64,000 nucleotides of DNA from Desulfobulbaceae bacterium (GCA_024637145.1 JAGXFQ010000039.1:2860-66859), one strand, 5' to 3'; numbered from the stretch's first letter, positions 17,434-26,720 are shown. Program-made: numbers and translations. The notes: generated by a model from the letters alone, not told the origin.

Positions 17434-18150
17434 ATGGCTGTCAAAATACAGCTTTTGAGAGGAATTATTGCCACTGCCCTCCTTATGGGCATGGCTTTTC
17501 CGGCTCTGGCCGGATGGGTGCAGACGGAAAGAGATGGCACCAAAACCCTTATCAGCGACGGCAAGGTCAAAGAGCTGCCGGCAGAGCCGGATGAGGGATG
17601 GTTGGTGATGGACCACCGTGGCCGGAAGGTGTTGGTATTCAACCCGGAACAAAACACCTGCTCTGAGGCTACTTTTAGCCAATATTGTGAGACAATAGAG
17701 ATCTTAACCGCTGCCCATCAAAAGGCCCTGGCTGCTTTTGAAGGTGATGAAGAAGGGCACAGTCCTCCTGCTGTGGAAATAAAGAAGCGGGGTTCAGGAG
17801 GAAAAATAGCCGGCTTTGAAACCACCAAATACCAGGTTTATGCTGATGGCGAGCTCTATGAAGAGCTCTGGCTGACCACAGACAAAGCAGTGCTGAGCGA
17901 AGTCGGCGATCAATCCTCGCTTCAGGATCTGTTCCGATGTCTGCATGAATCCGAGGTGGAGGGCAATCCAGCCTATTTTAAAATGATGATTTCAGGCTGG
18001 CCGCTGAAAACCCTTTCACAAGAAGCGGGCCTAATGGAGGTCTATACTGATGTCGTGACTCTGATCAAGACAGAGATTCCGCCAGCGGATCTGGCCCTGC
18101 CCCCCAGCTGCCGCTCCGTGCCGTTGCAAGAAAGCATGGAGAATATGTAA
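17434..18150 (+). CDS. Exported protein, DUF4412/LolA-like (paralogue of next gene)
   Basis: Trimmed to the ATG at 17434. The signal peptide is MAVKIQLLRGIIATALLMGMAFPALA. It shares ..G.ETTKYQV......ELW.T.D.. and a C-terminal ..I.....P.... pattern with the 18229-18933 product. Confidence 0.55.
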   Translation: MAVKIQLLRGIIATALLMGMAFPALAGWVQTERDGTKTLISDGKVKELPAEPDEGWLVMDHRGRKVLVFNPEQNTCSEATFSQYCETIEILTAAHQKALAAFEGDEEGHSPPAVEIKKRGSGGKIAGFETTKYQVYADGELYEELWLTTDKAVLSEVGDQSSLQDLFRCLHESEVEGNPAYFKMMISGWPLKTLSQEAGLMEVYTDVVTLIKTEIPPADLALPPSCRSVPLQESMENM

Positions 18151-18228
18151 TATAATCAATGTGATCAACAGGCAAAACCCGGCACAGGCCAGGTTCTGCC
18201 GGAGCAAGAAAACAGGGAGAAAGAGAGA

Positions 18229-18933
18229 ATGGTAAAGAATGTAAGGCGAATGATGTCCGCTCTGATTATCACCGGCCTCGCCATGGCGGCGCTTGCCACT
18301 GCCGGCGAAGAAATGCCGGAAGCGAAGGTCTCCTATGCAGCGGATTCCATCATGGAATCCGCTGAGATGAAGATGAGCGGCAAGGTCTATGTAGCGCCCG
18401 GCATGGAACGGCGAGAGCACATGAGCGGCGGAGAGAAAACTATCATCATTGTCCGCCGCGATAAAGGGGTGATCTGGAATGTGATGCCCTCGGAAGGGAT
18501 ATATATGGAAAACGCCCTGGAGGGTGGCTCCGGGACAGCTGATGCCCCCTTTACCATTCGGGAGAAAGAGGTGGTGGGCGAAGAGGTGATTAATGGCCTG
18601 CAGACGACCAAGTATAAAGTGATCCTCGATCAGGGCAACAGCGTCTTTGGCGGCTTCATCTGGGTAACTGCTGACGGCATCACCATGAAAATGGATGCCA
18701 TTGCCAAGGAGCAGGGGGAAAAAGTACGTATTCGCCAGGAATTGCGCAATGTCAAGATCGGCAAGCAGGACCCCTCCCTTTTTGTGGTCCCGGCCGGCTA
18801 TCATAAAATGGCCATGGGTATGCCCGACATGGGCGGCATGATGGATGACATGGGCAGCAATTTTGAAGAAGAAGAGGAGGCCGGCGGTTTAGGCGGCATG
18901 ATGAAAGGCATGAAAGGCCTCCTGGGGAGATAG
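18229..18933 (+). CDS. Exported protein, DUF4412/LolA-like, with Met/Gly-rich acidic C-terminal tail
   Basis: Signal peptide ..ITGLAMAALATA. The core INGLQTTKYKVILDQ..GGFIWVTADGI..LFVVPAGYHKM resembles DUF4412 proteins. The last 41 aa contain 10 Met (MAMGMPDMGGMMDDMGSNFEEEEEAGGLGGMMKGMKGLLGR). Confidence 0.55.
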   Translation: MVKNVRRMMSALIITGLAMAALATAGEEMPEAKVSYAADSIMESAEMKMSGKVYVAPGMERREHMSGGEKTIIIVRRDKGVIWNVMPSEGIYMENALEGGSGTADAPFTIREKEVVGEEVINGLQTTKYKVILDQGNSVFGGFIWVTADGITMKMDAIAKEQGEKVRIRQELRNVKIGKQDPSLFVVPAGYHKMAMGMPDMGGMMDDMGSNFEEEEEAGGLGGMMKGMKGLLGR

Positions 18934-18937
18934 GAAA

Positions 18938-20890
18938 ATGGCCGTGGGCAAATTGGGTTATCTTGGCCTCCTCTCTGCTCTGCTGCTGGCGAGCTGCTGG
19001 TTGACACCGGCGGCCTGTGCCCAGGAAACGCCTTCCTGGCTGAAGACGCTGCAAAAGCAGATGGAGACCATGCAGGGCCAGCCGCCGCTAGGGAGGCCTG
19101 AGGAGCCGCGGGCAGGGACGGCAGCCTCTGAAAAGGCAGAGGGCAGTGTCCTTCTGCAGATCAAAGAGACGCCCCAGGTGCGCCTGGAACGGGCCTGGCT
19201 CGAGTCATCTTCAGGGAAAGCGAGCTTTGATTTTCTCCGTGAAGGAGGGGCATGGCGCCGCCAGGTACCGGCAGGTCCCTATCGCCTCTACCTGGAGGTG
19301 ATGGGGCCCACCGTCGCCTTTATTGTTGATCAGGGCCCGCTCACTGTCCATGGCGGCCAAACCGCCCGCTCGGCAATCAATCTGCAGCAGGTAAGTTCAA
19401 CAGTGCGGATTGAATATCCCCCCGGTGCTTTACCGCCAGGGGCCACGCTCCATTTCTATATGGATCGGTTCAGCAAAAACTCCTTTGCCGAGCAGGAGTT
19501 GCCGGCAGACGGCCTGGTGGTGGGTTTGCCGGTGGGGCCACTCTGGCTGGCGATCCGCGCTGCGGCCGGTGCCATTCTTTTTGAAGATGCGGTCACCATT
19601 CACGCCGGGCAACAGAGCGTTTGCCGGATTGAACGCTTCCGGGATGTGTCACGGCCCCTGCCGTTGCGCCTGTGGGTGCGTTCAGAAGCAAACCCCACAC
19701 CCTCGTTTTCCGCTGTCTTAAAAGACGCCGCCGGTACCCAGCATCAGCTCAAGCCGGCCTCGCCGGGGCTGTGGCAGGCAGCCGTGTTGCCGGGCAACTA
19801 CCAGCTCATCATCAAGGGCCGGGGCATCAAGCAGACAGAGAATCTGACCATGGGTGATAACGACTTGCCCCTCAATCTCCTGCTGGTGCTTAAAGAGCGG
19901 AGCCATCTCTGCAAGGAGAGTGAGACCTTTCGGGCACGGGATTATTTCGTCAGGGCCGAGAAGGCGGAAAAAGCGGGCCGGGCCCCGGATGCCATCCTCT
20001 TTTACCATGCGGCAGACCACTGCTCAATGACCAACGATGCCCAGCAAGCGGTGGAGCGGCTCGGCACCATGCTGGCGGTCCAGGCCGAGAAAAAGGGCAA
20101 GGACTACAGCGGTCCCCCTCTCTATGAGCGGCGGGCCGATGACCCGTTATGTAAAACCGATCCCCTGGCTTTCTGTACCACCCGTGGGGAGCGCATTGTC
20201 TTCAAAGAGGAGCTGGGCGCCATTGACTGGTATCTGCTGAGCGGCAATCATGGGGCCGCGGCACAGACCATGATACGCGTTGCCGACGAGCTGCCGCTTG
20301 AGGCCCATGACCAGTTCAAGAATTTTCTGGAGTATTTCGCGGCCAGACGCAACCGACAAGCCTTTGCCGCCATGGCCGAGATAGCCGCCCGCCAAGGCCG
20401 ACGCGCCCTGGAAAAGGAAGAAGAGGTCTTCAGCCCCGGTCTGCAGGGGCAAAGCCGGGAGAGCAGAAACGCCGTCATAAATCGCTCCGTCCAGTTGCTC
20501 GAAGCGGCCAACCGCTGGCTGACCTATGCCCAGAACCGGCAGATGAAAGAGATCAGCCGGCGCGCTGAAAGCCGCGGCACTGCCCTGCTCGAAAAAAGAG
20601 AGCTGCGGCCGGCTGATCTTGAGCATGCCCAAACCTATTACACGTTGGCGGCCGTGCCGGACGGCATCATCCGAATTCGGCAGGTCGCGGCGCAGCAGGG
20701 GGAAAGGGCTGCCCGGGAGGGCTCCTTTCGGCAGGCCGCTGACTTTTTCCGCCTGGCCGGCAACTTTGCCGAAGCAGAGAAAATGACCGCCAAAGCCGAG
20801 TCACAGAACGATGTTGAGCAAAAATCAGCAGAGCAACAGCGGAGTTTCAGCCGCGACTCCGAGGCCCTGGCAGACGAACTGGGGATTTGA
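18938..20890 (+). CDS. Large exported (possibly lipo-) protein: beta-rich N-half, helical C-half
   Basis: 650-aa ORF starting 4 nt after the previous stop. The N-terminus LLSALLLASCWLTPAACAQE offers a lipobox-like LASC or SPI cleavage at ACA/QE. I recognise no family. Confidence 0.6.
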   Translation: MAVGKLGYLGLLSALLLASCWLTPAACAQETPSWLKTLQKQMETMQGQPPLGRPEEPRAGTAASEKAEGSVLLQIKETPQVRLERAWLESSSGKASFDFLREGGAWRRQVPAGPYRLYLEVMGPTVAFIVDQGPLTVHGGQTARSAINLQQVSSTVRIEYPPGALPPGATLHFYMDRFSKNSFAEQELPADGLVVGLPVGPLWLAIRAAAGAILFEDAVTIHAGQQSVCRIERFRDVSRPLPLRLWVRSEANPTPSFSAVLKDAAGTQHQLKPASPGLWQAAVLPGNYQLIIKGRGIKQTENLTMGDNDLPLNLLLVLKERSHLCKESETFRARDYFVRAEKAEKAGRAPDAILFYHAADHCSMTNDAQQAVERLGTMLAVQAEKKGKDYSGPPLYERRADDPLCKTDPLAFCTTRGERIVFKEELGAIDWYLLSGNHGAAAQTMIRVADELPLEAHDQFKNFLEYFAARRNRQAFAAMAEIAARQGRRALEKEEEVFSPGLQGQSRESRNAVINRSVQLLEAANRWLTYAQNRQMKEISRRAESRGTALLEKRELRPADLEHAQTYYTLAAVPDGIIRIRQVAAQQGERAAREGSFRQAADFFRLAGNFAEAEKMTAKAESQNDVEQKSAEQQRSFSRDSEALADELGI

Positions 20891-20911
20891 GTGGAAGAGA
20901 GAGTGGAGGAC

Positions 20912-21661
20912 ATGAACAACAGAGAACAGCGCGATTTCAGCGGAATTAGCAAGGGCCGGACCCGTTTCCTGCCCAAGGGGGCTGTGCTGGCAGGGCTGGC
21001 ACTCTTTCTGCTGATGGGTCTGGGAGGCGAGGCGGCGGTGGCGTGGTCTGATGGCCAATATGCCTTACCTCTGCCCAGTTACCGCGGCGAGTCAGGGAGC
21101 TGCCGGCCGTCCCCGGAGCAAAAGATGGTGAGAATGAACGATCCCTGCCAGGACGTCTGTTCCTCGGAGGCAGGGGTTGATGAATACGGCGACGCGGTGC
21201 GCGACAGGATCCGCCGCAAGCACGACCGCAAGTTTCAGATGCATGAAAAATATCAACTCAACTGCGAGGATTACTGGTGGGCATCCTCCCATATCGAATG
21301 CCGGGCCGCCGATTCCTTCTTTGACGATGTCAATAGAATCGTGGAGAACTACAAGGACTTCTGCCGCGATATAATGGAGGGCGATTGCCGCGACTTCATG
21401 GAGTGTCAACAGAACGCCAATCCCGCCTCTGCCCAGGGGTTGGCAGCGGCGCTGGGTGGCGGGCCGCAAAGCTTCTGCACGGAAATGGAAGATATTGTCA
21501 GAAGTTTCTGCCACCAGGCGGATGACGAGGGCAGCCTGCAAGGCGCTTATAATCGCCTGATCGGCGAAAATCCCTGCTTTGCTAAAATAATGCCGGAATT
21601 CAGCACCATGAAAAAGATCTGCATTCTGCCTTCAGTGGACCCGATTTTCGGAGCCCTCTAG
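20912..21661 (+). CDS. Cys-rich (12 Cys) exported/anchored hypothetical protein
   Basis: ATG at 20912 has GGAGG 5 nt upstream (the track used GTG 20891). The N-terminus is ..SKGRTRFLPKGAVLAGLALFLLMGLGGEAAVA. There are 12 cysteines in the mature approx 200 aa. Confidence 0.55.
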   Translation: MNNREQRDFSGISKGRTRFLPKGAVLAGLALFLLMGLGGEAAVAWSDGQYALPLPSYRGESGSCRPSPEQKMVRMNDPCQDVCSSEAGVDEYGDAVRDRIRRKHDRKFQMHEKYQLNCEDYWWASSHIECRAADSFFDDVNRIVENYKDFCRDIMEGDCRDFMECQQNANPASAQGLAAALGGGPQSFCTEMEDIVRSFCHQADDEGSLQGAYNRLIGENPCFAKIMPEFSTMKKICILPSVDPIFGAL

Positions 21662-23302
21662 GTGAAGACCGGCAGAACCGGGGAGCAGTTGCTTGGCATT
21701 CTCTGGGCTGGAGCCGTCACCTTGCCTTTTCTCCCCCAGGCCTACCGGGCCTTCGCACCGCTGCAGGATCTCATGCTGGTGGCCGGTGGTAGCCTTGTCT
21801 GCCTGCTTACCGCCTGCCGCACTTCCTCCGGCGGTGCTAAGGGAGCGCCAGGTTGGCCCCTGTGGGGGGCTGCTGCCGCTGTTTTTCTGATGATCGTTGC
21901 CCCCTGGCCGGGGGCCGCCTCACCTGCCCGCCACCTGAGCGAGGCCATTCGCCTTGGTGCCCTCTGCGGCATTGCCCTGACCCTGCCCTTGCTTATCGGT
22001 GCCGAAAGCCGCCGCTTCCTGCTGCGGGCCTGGCTTGTCATCGGCTGGCTGCAGGCGGCACTGGTCTTTCTGCAGCTGGGCGGCCTCGATCCTTTTGCAG
22101 CCTTTGTCGGCCCGGCCCTGGTCTGGCGGGTGTACGGCACCCTGGGAAACCCAAACCTGGTTGCTGTCCTGCTCCTGCCCCTGGCCGTCCTCTCCCTTGA
22201 CCATACTCTCCTGGCCAAGCGCCGCCACCGCCTGTTGTCGGTAGTGATTCTCAGCCTGGCACTCTGTGCCACCGGCAGCCGCCTGGCAACCCTGCTCCTG
22301 GTGCTGGGCCTGGGCCTGGCAATGGGCCACCTGCACCTTGCGGCAGCCACCACAAAGGCAAGGGGAAGGCCGATGCTCTGGGCCGGGCTCCTGCTGCTTC
22401 TGGGCGCTGCCATGTCTGCGGCCTTTCTCATGGGGAAAAATTTCAATTCGCCCTGGGGTCGCCTTTTTTTCTGGCGGGCCGCTCTGCTGCTCTTTTACAG
22501 GCAACCCCTCCAGGGCCACGGACTTGGTCACTTCCAGGGCGCCTATCCGCAGGCGGCCGGAGAAATAGCGGCGCCAGGCGCGGCGCCCTTGGCCCTGCCG
22601 GTGCATGCCCATAACGACTGGCTTGAATATGCGGTTGAGGGGGGGGCCGCCTCTTTTTTACTTGTGGCCAGTATCGTCGCCGCCCTGTGGGCCGGCTGGC
22701 AGACCCCTGACAAGCGCCCCCTGGTCCTGGCCCTGGGCCTGATGTTTTTGGCGGCCTGCTGGTATTCCCCCCTGCATACCGCGCCCACCGCCCTTCTCTT
22801 CTGGACCCTCTTTGGTCTTGTCGCTGCCGTCCAGGGCGAAGGCACGAAAAGGAGAATCCCCCGGCTTCTGCCGGCCGGGCTGTGCCTCATCATGCTCTTG
22901 GGGGTGGGGCCAATGGCCAAGGGGGTTTACGGCCACCTCCTGGCCGGCCGGGCAGAGGCCGCCTACGCCCAAGGGGCCATTAAGGAGGGGGTGGGTCTAT
23001 GGGCACGTGCCGTGCAGCTGGCTCCCGGCGAAGGGGCCTTTGTCTATGGGTGGGCCTGGGGCCTGGCCAGGACAGGAGAGGAGGGCAAGGCCCTGGGGCT
23101 GGCCCAGGACGCCGCCCACATCCACGCCAATTTTGATCTCTACCTGCTGCAGATAACCCTGCTGGCCCGCCAGAGGCGGCTAGCAGAAGCCAGAGCGCAC
23201 CTGACCTGGTTGACCACGGTGTTCCCCGATCTGCAGGAGGCGCAGCTCCTGTTGCCTGCGCTGGAAGTGCGCCCCCAGCACCTGTCAGGCGGGGTTTTGT
23301 GA
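21662..23302 (+). CDS. O-antigen-ligase/Wzy_C-family polytopic membrane protein with C-terminal TPR-like repeats
   Basis: GTG start directly after the previous stop. About 10-12 TM helices. The periplasmic-loop motif PVHAHNDWLEYAVEGG is typical of the Wzy_C/O-antigen ligase family. The C-terminal approx 130 aa are helical TPR-like (AEAAYAQGAIKEGVGLWARAVQLAP..). Confidence 0.7.
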   Translation: MKTGRTGEQLLGILWAGAVTLPFLPQAYRAFAPLQDLMLVAGGSLVCLLTACRTSSGGAKGAPGWPLWGAAAAVFLMIVAPWPGAASPARHLSEAIRLGALCGIALTLPLLIGAESRRFLLRAWLVIGWLQAALVFLQLGGLDPFAAFVGPALVWRVYGTLGNPNLVAVLLLPLAVLSLDHTLLAKRRHRLLSVVILSLALCATGSRLATLLLVLGLGLAMGHLHLAAATTKARGRPMLWAGLLLLLGAAMSAAFLMGKNFNSPWGRLFFWRAALLLFYRQPLQGHGLGHFQGAYPQAAGEIAAPGAAPLALPVHAHNDWLEYAVEGGAASFLLVASIVAALWAGWQTPDKRPLVLALGLMFLAACWYSPLHTAPTALLFWTLFGLVAAVQGEGTKRRIPRLLPAGLCLIMLLGVGPMAKGVYGHLLAGRAEAAYAQGAIKEGVGLWARAVQLAPGEGAFVYGWAWGLARTGEEGKALGLAQDAAHIHANFDLYLLQITLLARQRRLAEARAHLTWLTTVFPDLQEAQLLLPALEVRPQHLSGGVL

Positions 23303-23372
23303 GATGATGCGGCAACTGCGGGGGCAAGCGCTCCTTGGGGAGAAGGGCGGACTCTTGCCAGCGTTTCTTTTT

Positions 23373-23864
23373 TTAATTTGCCGTTGTTATTACCTGCCCC
23401 CTGGAGGTAAAGGAAATGCCCTGCTGCCCCCCGGCACCAATCATTACGGACTCAACAAGGGGTGGATTAACCGCTTTTTCAGAGTGCCATTCAACTAGGA
23501 AATTGGCCCCTGACCCCCCAGATTTGTCTTTTTGTGGAATAATAAACCGTGTCGTTTCAAAGGGCTTAAGAACCACTTTTTTGTCTACATATTTTTTCAG
23601 GAATGCCCCTTTTGTTTCATGATAGTCTACAGAGCTAATGGTAATTGCATGTTTTGAGTCTATATTTCTGATACTCAGAGTCACAGTCAGCAATATGGGC
23701 TGTTCACGATTGCCCGCGTAAATATGGGAATAGACCGGCACATAGAGGGTTTGTCCCTGGGACAGGGGTATTTCCGCCGCCGCCTGGGCAGAGGATGAAA
23801 AGCTGTTTACTATTGCCAAAATGGCTAACAGTATAAAGCTGAGTTGAGCAGCTAGCCTGCTCAA
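23373..23864 (-). CDS. DUF3124-like exported protein
   Basis: The core GQTLYVPVYSHIYAG....LTVTLSIRN........I.SVDYH...G...K......LKP..T..F.I......GGSGANFLV.W matches what I recall of DUF3124. I place the start at in-frame TTG 23864 (M-SRLAAQLSFILLAILAIVNSFSSSAQA signal peptide), because codons 1-39 of the track ORF are encoded by the repeat element. Confidence 0.6.
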   Translation of the reverse strand: MSRLAAQLSFILLAILAIVNSFSSSAQAAAEIPLSQGQTLYVPVYSHIYAGNREQPILLTVTLSIRNIDSKHAITISSVDYHETKGAFLKKYVDKKVVLKPFETTRFIIPQKDKSGGSGANFLVEWHSEKAVNPPLVESVMIGAGGQQGISFTSRGQVITTAN

Positions 23865-23960
23865 ACGAAACTTATGCCCTTGTGGTATAAAGCTGAGTTG
23901 AGCAGCTTGTCTGCTTTTATGCCCTTTAGGGTGCAAACGAAACTTATGCCCTGTGGGTAT
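23832..23960. repeat. Tandem copies (54 bp + 72 bp + start of a third) of a dispersed repeat element
   Basis: TATAAAGCTGAGTTGAGCAGCT starts at 23832 and 23886, and TATAAAG starts again at 23958. CAAACGAAACTTATGCCCT recurs at the end of each unit. Unit 2 carries an extra TGTCTGCTTTTATGCCCTTTAGGGTG block. Confidence 0.9.
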
Positions 23961-24013
23961 AAAGATAGATACCTTTCTCATAACACGTCCTCTTTAGCCG
24001 TAGATATTGACAC

Positions 24014-25966
24014 TCAAGCCAGGTTTTTGAAAGCACTTCGTTCTTGCTGATTACCCACCACCGCCACCAAATCTCCCTGGTGGAAGGCATAATCCGCCTT
24101 GGGATTGGAATAAAATATTTTTTCATGGATAATCCCGACGATGGAGGCCCCGGTTCTGGTGCGCACAGCCGCATCTTTGATGCTTTTATTGATAAGGGGG
24201 CTTTCAGGCGAGAGTGTAACCCATGAAATCTCTAACATATTTTTTATGTTATCAAGCTTTGCCAACAGCTGATGACCACTTGCGGATTGGTAAATAGGGG
24301 CATAGAGCTGTTGGCGGACAGCATCCGTATATTGCTGAATAACCGTTACAGGAATTTCAAGGTGCAGCAGCGCCTGCCTGGCAATTTCCAGCCCTGCCTC
24401 CATCTCGGGCAGCACCGCCATATAGACCCCGCTTTCATATAATGCTCGGGCGTGCGCAACCCCCTCGGCCCTGACGATAATGGGTAATTGCGGCTTAAGA
24501 AGATGGGCCTGTTTGACAATGGCCTGGGAAGTAATAACGGAAGGGGTGGTAATAAGCAAAAGTCGGGCAGCCTCTACCTTGGAGACATCCAGCACGGTTT
24601 TCTGACTCATGTCGCCATAGATAGTGGGGAAGTGGGCACTTTTACATTCCAGCATGCGCTGATGATTCAATTCAATAATGACAAAAGGGAGCTTGAGTTG
24701 CGTGAGAATATGAGCGACATGTTGCCCCACCCGGCCGCCACCCGCAATGACAACATGATCCTTGAGCCCCAAACGGGGTATATTTTCGGTGAGCAGCGGC
24801 TCATGTTTAAAGAATCTTTTTTTAACTTTATAGAGGGGCAGCGCCAGAGCTGAAGCAAAAGGGGTAATCATCATGCTCAACACCGATATGGCCAGAATGA
24901 GCGAATACATATCAGGATCAATGGCCTGGGTCTCAAGGCCGACCCGGGCCAGAACAAAACTGAATTCACCCACCTGAAACAGACCCAGGGCAACTGCTAT
25001 GGGAACAATATTGATATACCCGAATAACATTGCCAGCCCGTAAAAGAGTGCCCCCTTGAAAAGGGCGACAACCAGAACCAGGGAGAGGATTATGTCCCAC
25101 TTGTCCAGTAAAAAGGCCGGGTCAATGAGCATGCCCACCGAGGTAAAGAACAACAGGCCGAAGATGTCTCGTAAGGGGACAATATCACTCAAGGCCTGAT
25201 GTCCATAATCGGACTCACTGAGGACCATACCGGCCACAAAGGCGCCGAACGCAAAGGAGAGCCCGAAGAGATAGGTGGCATAGCCAATGCCGAGACCTAT
25301 GGCGGTTATGGATAATATAAAAAGCTCCCTGGAATTCCACTGGGCCACATGGGCCAGCAACCAGGGGAGCAACTTCCGGCCCAGATAAAACATGACCAGC
25401 AGGAAGAATATTGACTTAACAACAGCAAGGGCCAAGAGAGGCAGGCCTACCCCGGGAGTGCTCAGTTGCGGGAGAATAATCATCATAGGGATGACAGCCA
25501 GATCTTGCACAATAAGCATGCCGATCATGACCCGACTGGAAAGGGTTCCCACAAGCCCCCTGCTCATAAGGGTTTTCAGGGTCACCATGGTGCTGGAAAG
25601 AGAAATTAAGGCGCCGAGCCATAAGGCGTCCACAAAGGACCAGCCTAAATATTTACCAAGGTAAAAGCCAAAGGTGATGGTAAGAAGAATTTGGAGAGGC
25701 GTGCCAATAAGGGCAATATAGCGGACTGATTTTAATTCGCTGAGGGAAAATTCCAGACCCAGGGCAAAGAGCAGCAGGGCCACGCCGATTTCCGCCAACA
25801 GTTCGATCTCATGGATATCGCCAACAGTAACCCCGCCCGTATAGGGGCCGACCACGATGCCGGCCAGGATATAGCCCAGAATCAGCGGTTGCTTGATTCG
25901 TTGCGCAATCAGCGCCCCAATCAAGGCGGCCACCATGATAATGATGATATCAGCCGCTAGGCCCAT
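24014..25966 (-). CDS. CPA2-family monovalent cation:proton antiporter with C-terminal RCK (TrkA-N/TrkA-C) domains (Kef/YbaL-like)
   Basis: 650-aa ORF. The N-terminus [35 protein letters not shown] and about 12 TM helices are typical of Kef/YbaL. This is followed by [14 protein letters not shown] (Rossmann GxGxxG) and a TrkA-C-like end. Confidence 0.85.
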   Translation of the reverse strand: MGLAADIIIIMVAALIGALIAQRIKQPLILGYILAGIVVGPYTGGVTVGDIHEIELLAEIGVALLLFALGLEFSLSELKSVRYIALIGTPLQILLTITFGFYLGKYLGWSFVDALWLGALISLSSTMVTLKTLMSRGLVGTLSSRVMIGMLIVQDLAVIPMMIILPQLSTPGVGLPLLALAVVKSIFFLLVMFYLGRKLLPWLLAHVAQWNSRELFILSITAIGLGIGYATYLFGLSFAFGAFVAGMVLSESDYGHQALSDIVPLRDIFGLLFFTSVGMLIDPAFLLDKWDIILSLVLVVALFKGALFYGLAMLFGYINIVPIAVALGLFQVGEFSFVLARVGLETQAIDPDMYSLILAISVLSMMITPFASALALPLYKVKKRFFKHEPLLTENIPRLGLKDHVVIAGGGRVGQHVAHILTQLKLPFVIIELNHQRMLECKSAHFPTIYGDMSQKTVLDVSKVEAARLLLITTPSVITSQAIVKQAHLLKPQLPIIVRAEGVAHARALYESGVYMAVLPEMEAGLEIARQALLHLEIPVTVIQQYTDAVRQQLYAPIYQSASGHQLLAKLDNIKNMLEISWVTLSPESPLINKSIKDAAVRTRTGASIVGIIHEKIFYSNPKADYAFHQGDLVAVVGNQQERSAFKNLA

Positions 25967-26251
25967 GATGAGACCCTTGTTTTAAAAAGCATTTTTCACA
26001 CCGTATTTTTTGTGCTGCAGCTGACTTATTTTTATCCAATAGCCATTATCTATCCAATATGCATGGACTAATTTTCAATAGTAGCGAATAAGTTGGAGAC
26101 AAACCACTTTTTTCTCGCTTATATGCGCAGACACCAGCGGCCGCCATTCTCAGCCCCCATCCCTTTATCCCCCAGCGCCCTGGAGCACGATGGCGCTCCT
26201 TGGCGATGGCCACTTATTTGCGTGCGTACAGCAAAGGAAGCAACAAGAAAG

Positions 26252-26620
26252 ATGGCCATAAAAAAATCAAATGAAAACAAAGGATTGGTTTATTCCACCG
26301 AGTTTGGCACCATGTGTCCCACATGTCATAATCCCACCGCCCAATGTAGTTGCCGGAAAAACCAAGCGCTCCCCCAAAATGATGGTATTGTTCGCTTAAG
26401 ACGGGAGACAAAGGGGCGAAAAGGTAAAGGGGTGACCCTGATAACCGGTCTGCCCTTGGCTGGTGATGACCTTAAAAAACGTGCCAAGGCCCTTAAACAG
26501 ATGTGTGGGAGCGGGGGCAGCGTAAAGGATGGGGTTATTGAAATTCAGGGTGACCACAGGGATGTCCTGGAAAAAGAATTAAAGAGGCTTGGCCACAAAG
26601 TTAAACGCGCTGGCGGCTGA
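26252..26620 (+). CDS. yciH: SUI1/eIF1-family translation initiation factor YciH
   Basis: Trimmed to the ATG at 26252. LVYSTEFG..CP.C......C.C....DGIVR..RETKGRKGKGVTLITGL......LK.LAK.LK..CG.GG.VKDG.IEIQGD.R is the characteristic YciH/SUI1 pattern. Confidence 0.85.
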   Translation: MAIKKSNENKGLVYSTEFGTMCPTCHNPTAQCSCRKNQALPQNDGIVRLRRETKGRKGKGVTLITGLPLAGDDLKKRAKALKQMCGSGGSVKDGVIEIQGDHRDVLEKELKRLGHKVKRAGG

Positions 26621-26720
26621 TCGGTTGTGCTGAAACCACTTGGACAGAAACGCAAAATTATCCATAACTGCTCACAGAGCATCGCATCTTCCAGCGAGCA
26701 GGCCGGCTTACGTATGACGT

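Noticed and set aside
23832-23960. Tandem repeats as a possible CRISPR array.
   Set aside because: There are only about 2.3 directly abutting units of unequal length (54 and 72 bp). There are no unique spacers and no cas genes.
23865-23981. N-terminal 39 codons of track ORF 23373..23981 (MRKVSIFIPTGHKFRLHPKGHKSRQAAQLSFIPQGHKFRL).
   Set aside because: This stretch is encoded entirely by the tandem DNA repeat, which is why GHKFRL and AAQLSFI are duplicated. An in-frame TTG at 23864 gives a normal signal peptide, so I shortened the gene.
26032-26060. TTATCCAAT repeats as DnaA boxes / replication origin, with dnaB elsewhere in the window.
   Set aside because: Each copy has two mismatches to TTATCCACA. 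There are only two copies, no dnaA or dnaN, and no AT-rich unwinding-element context. dnaB is not an origin marker.
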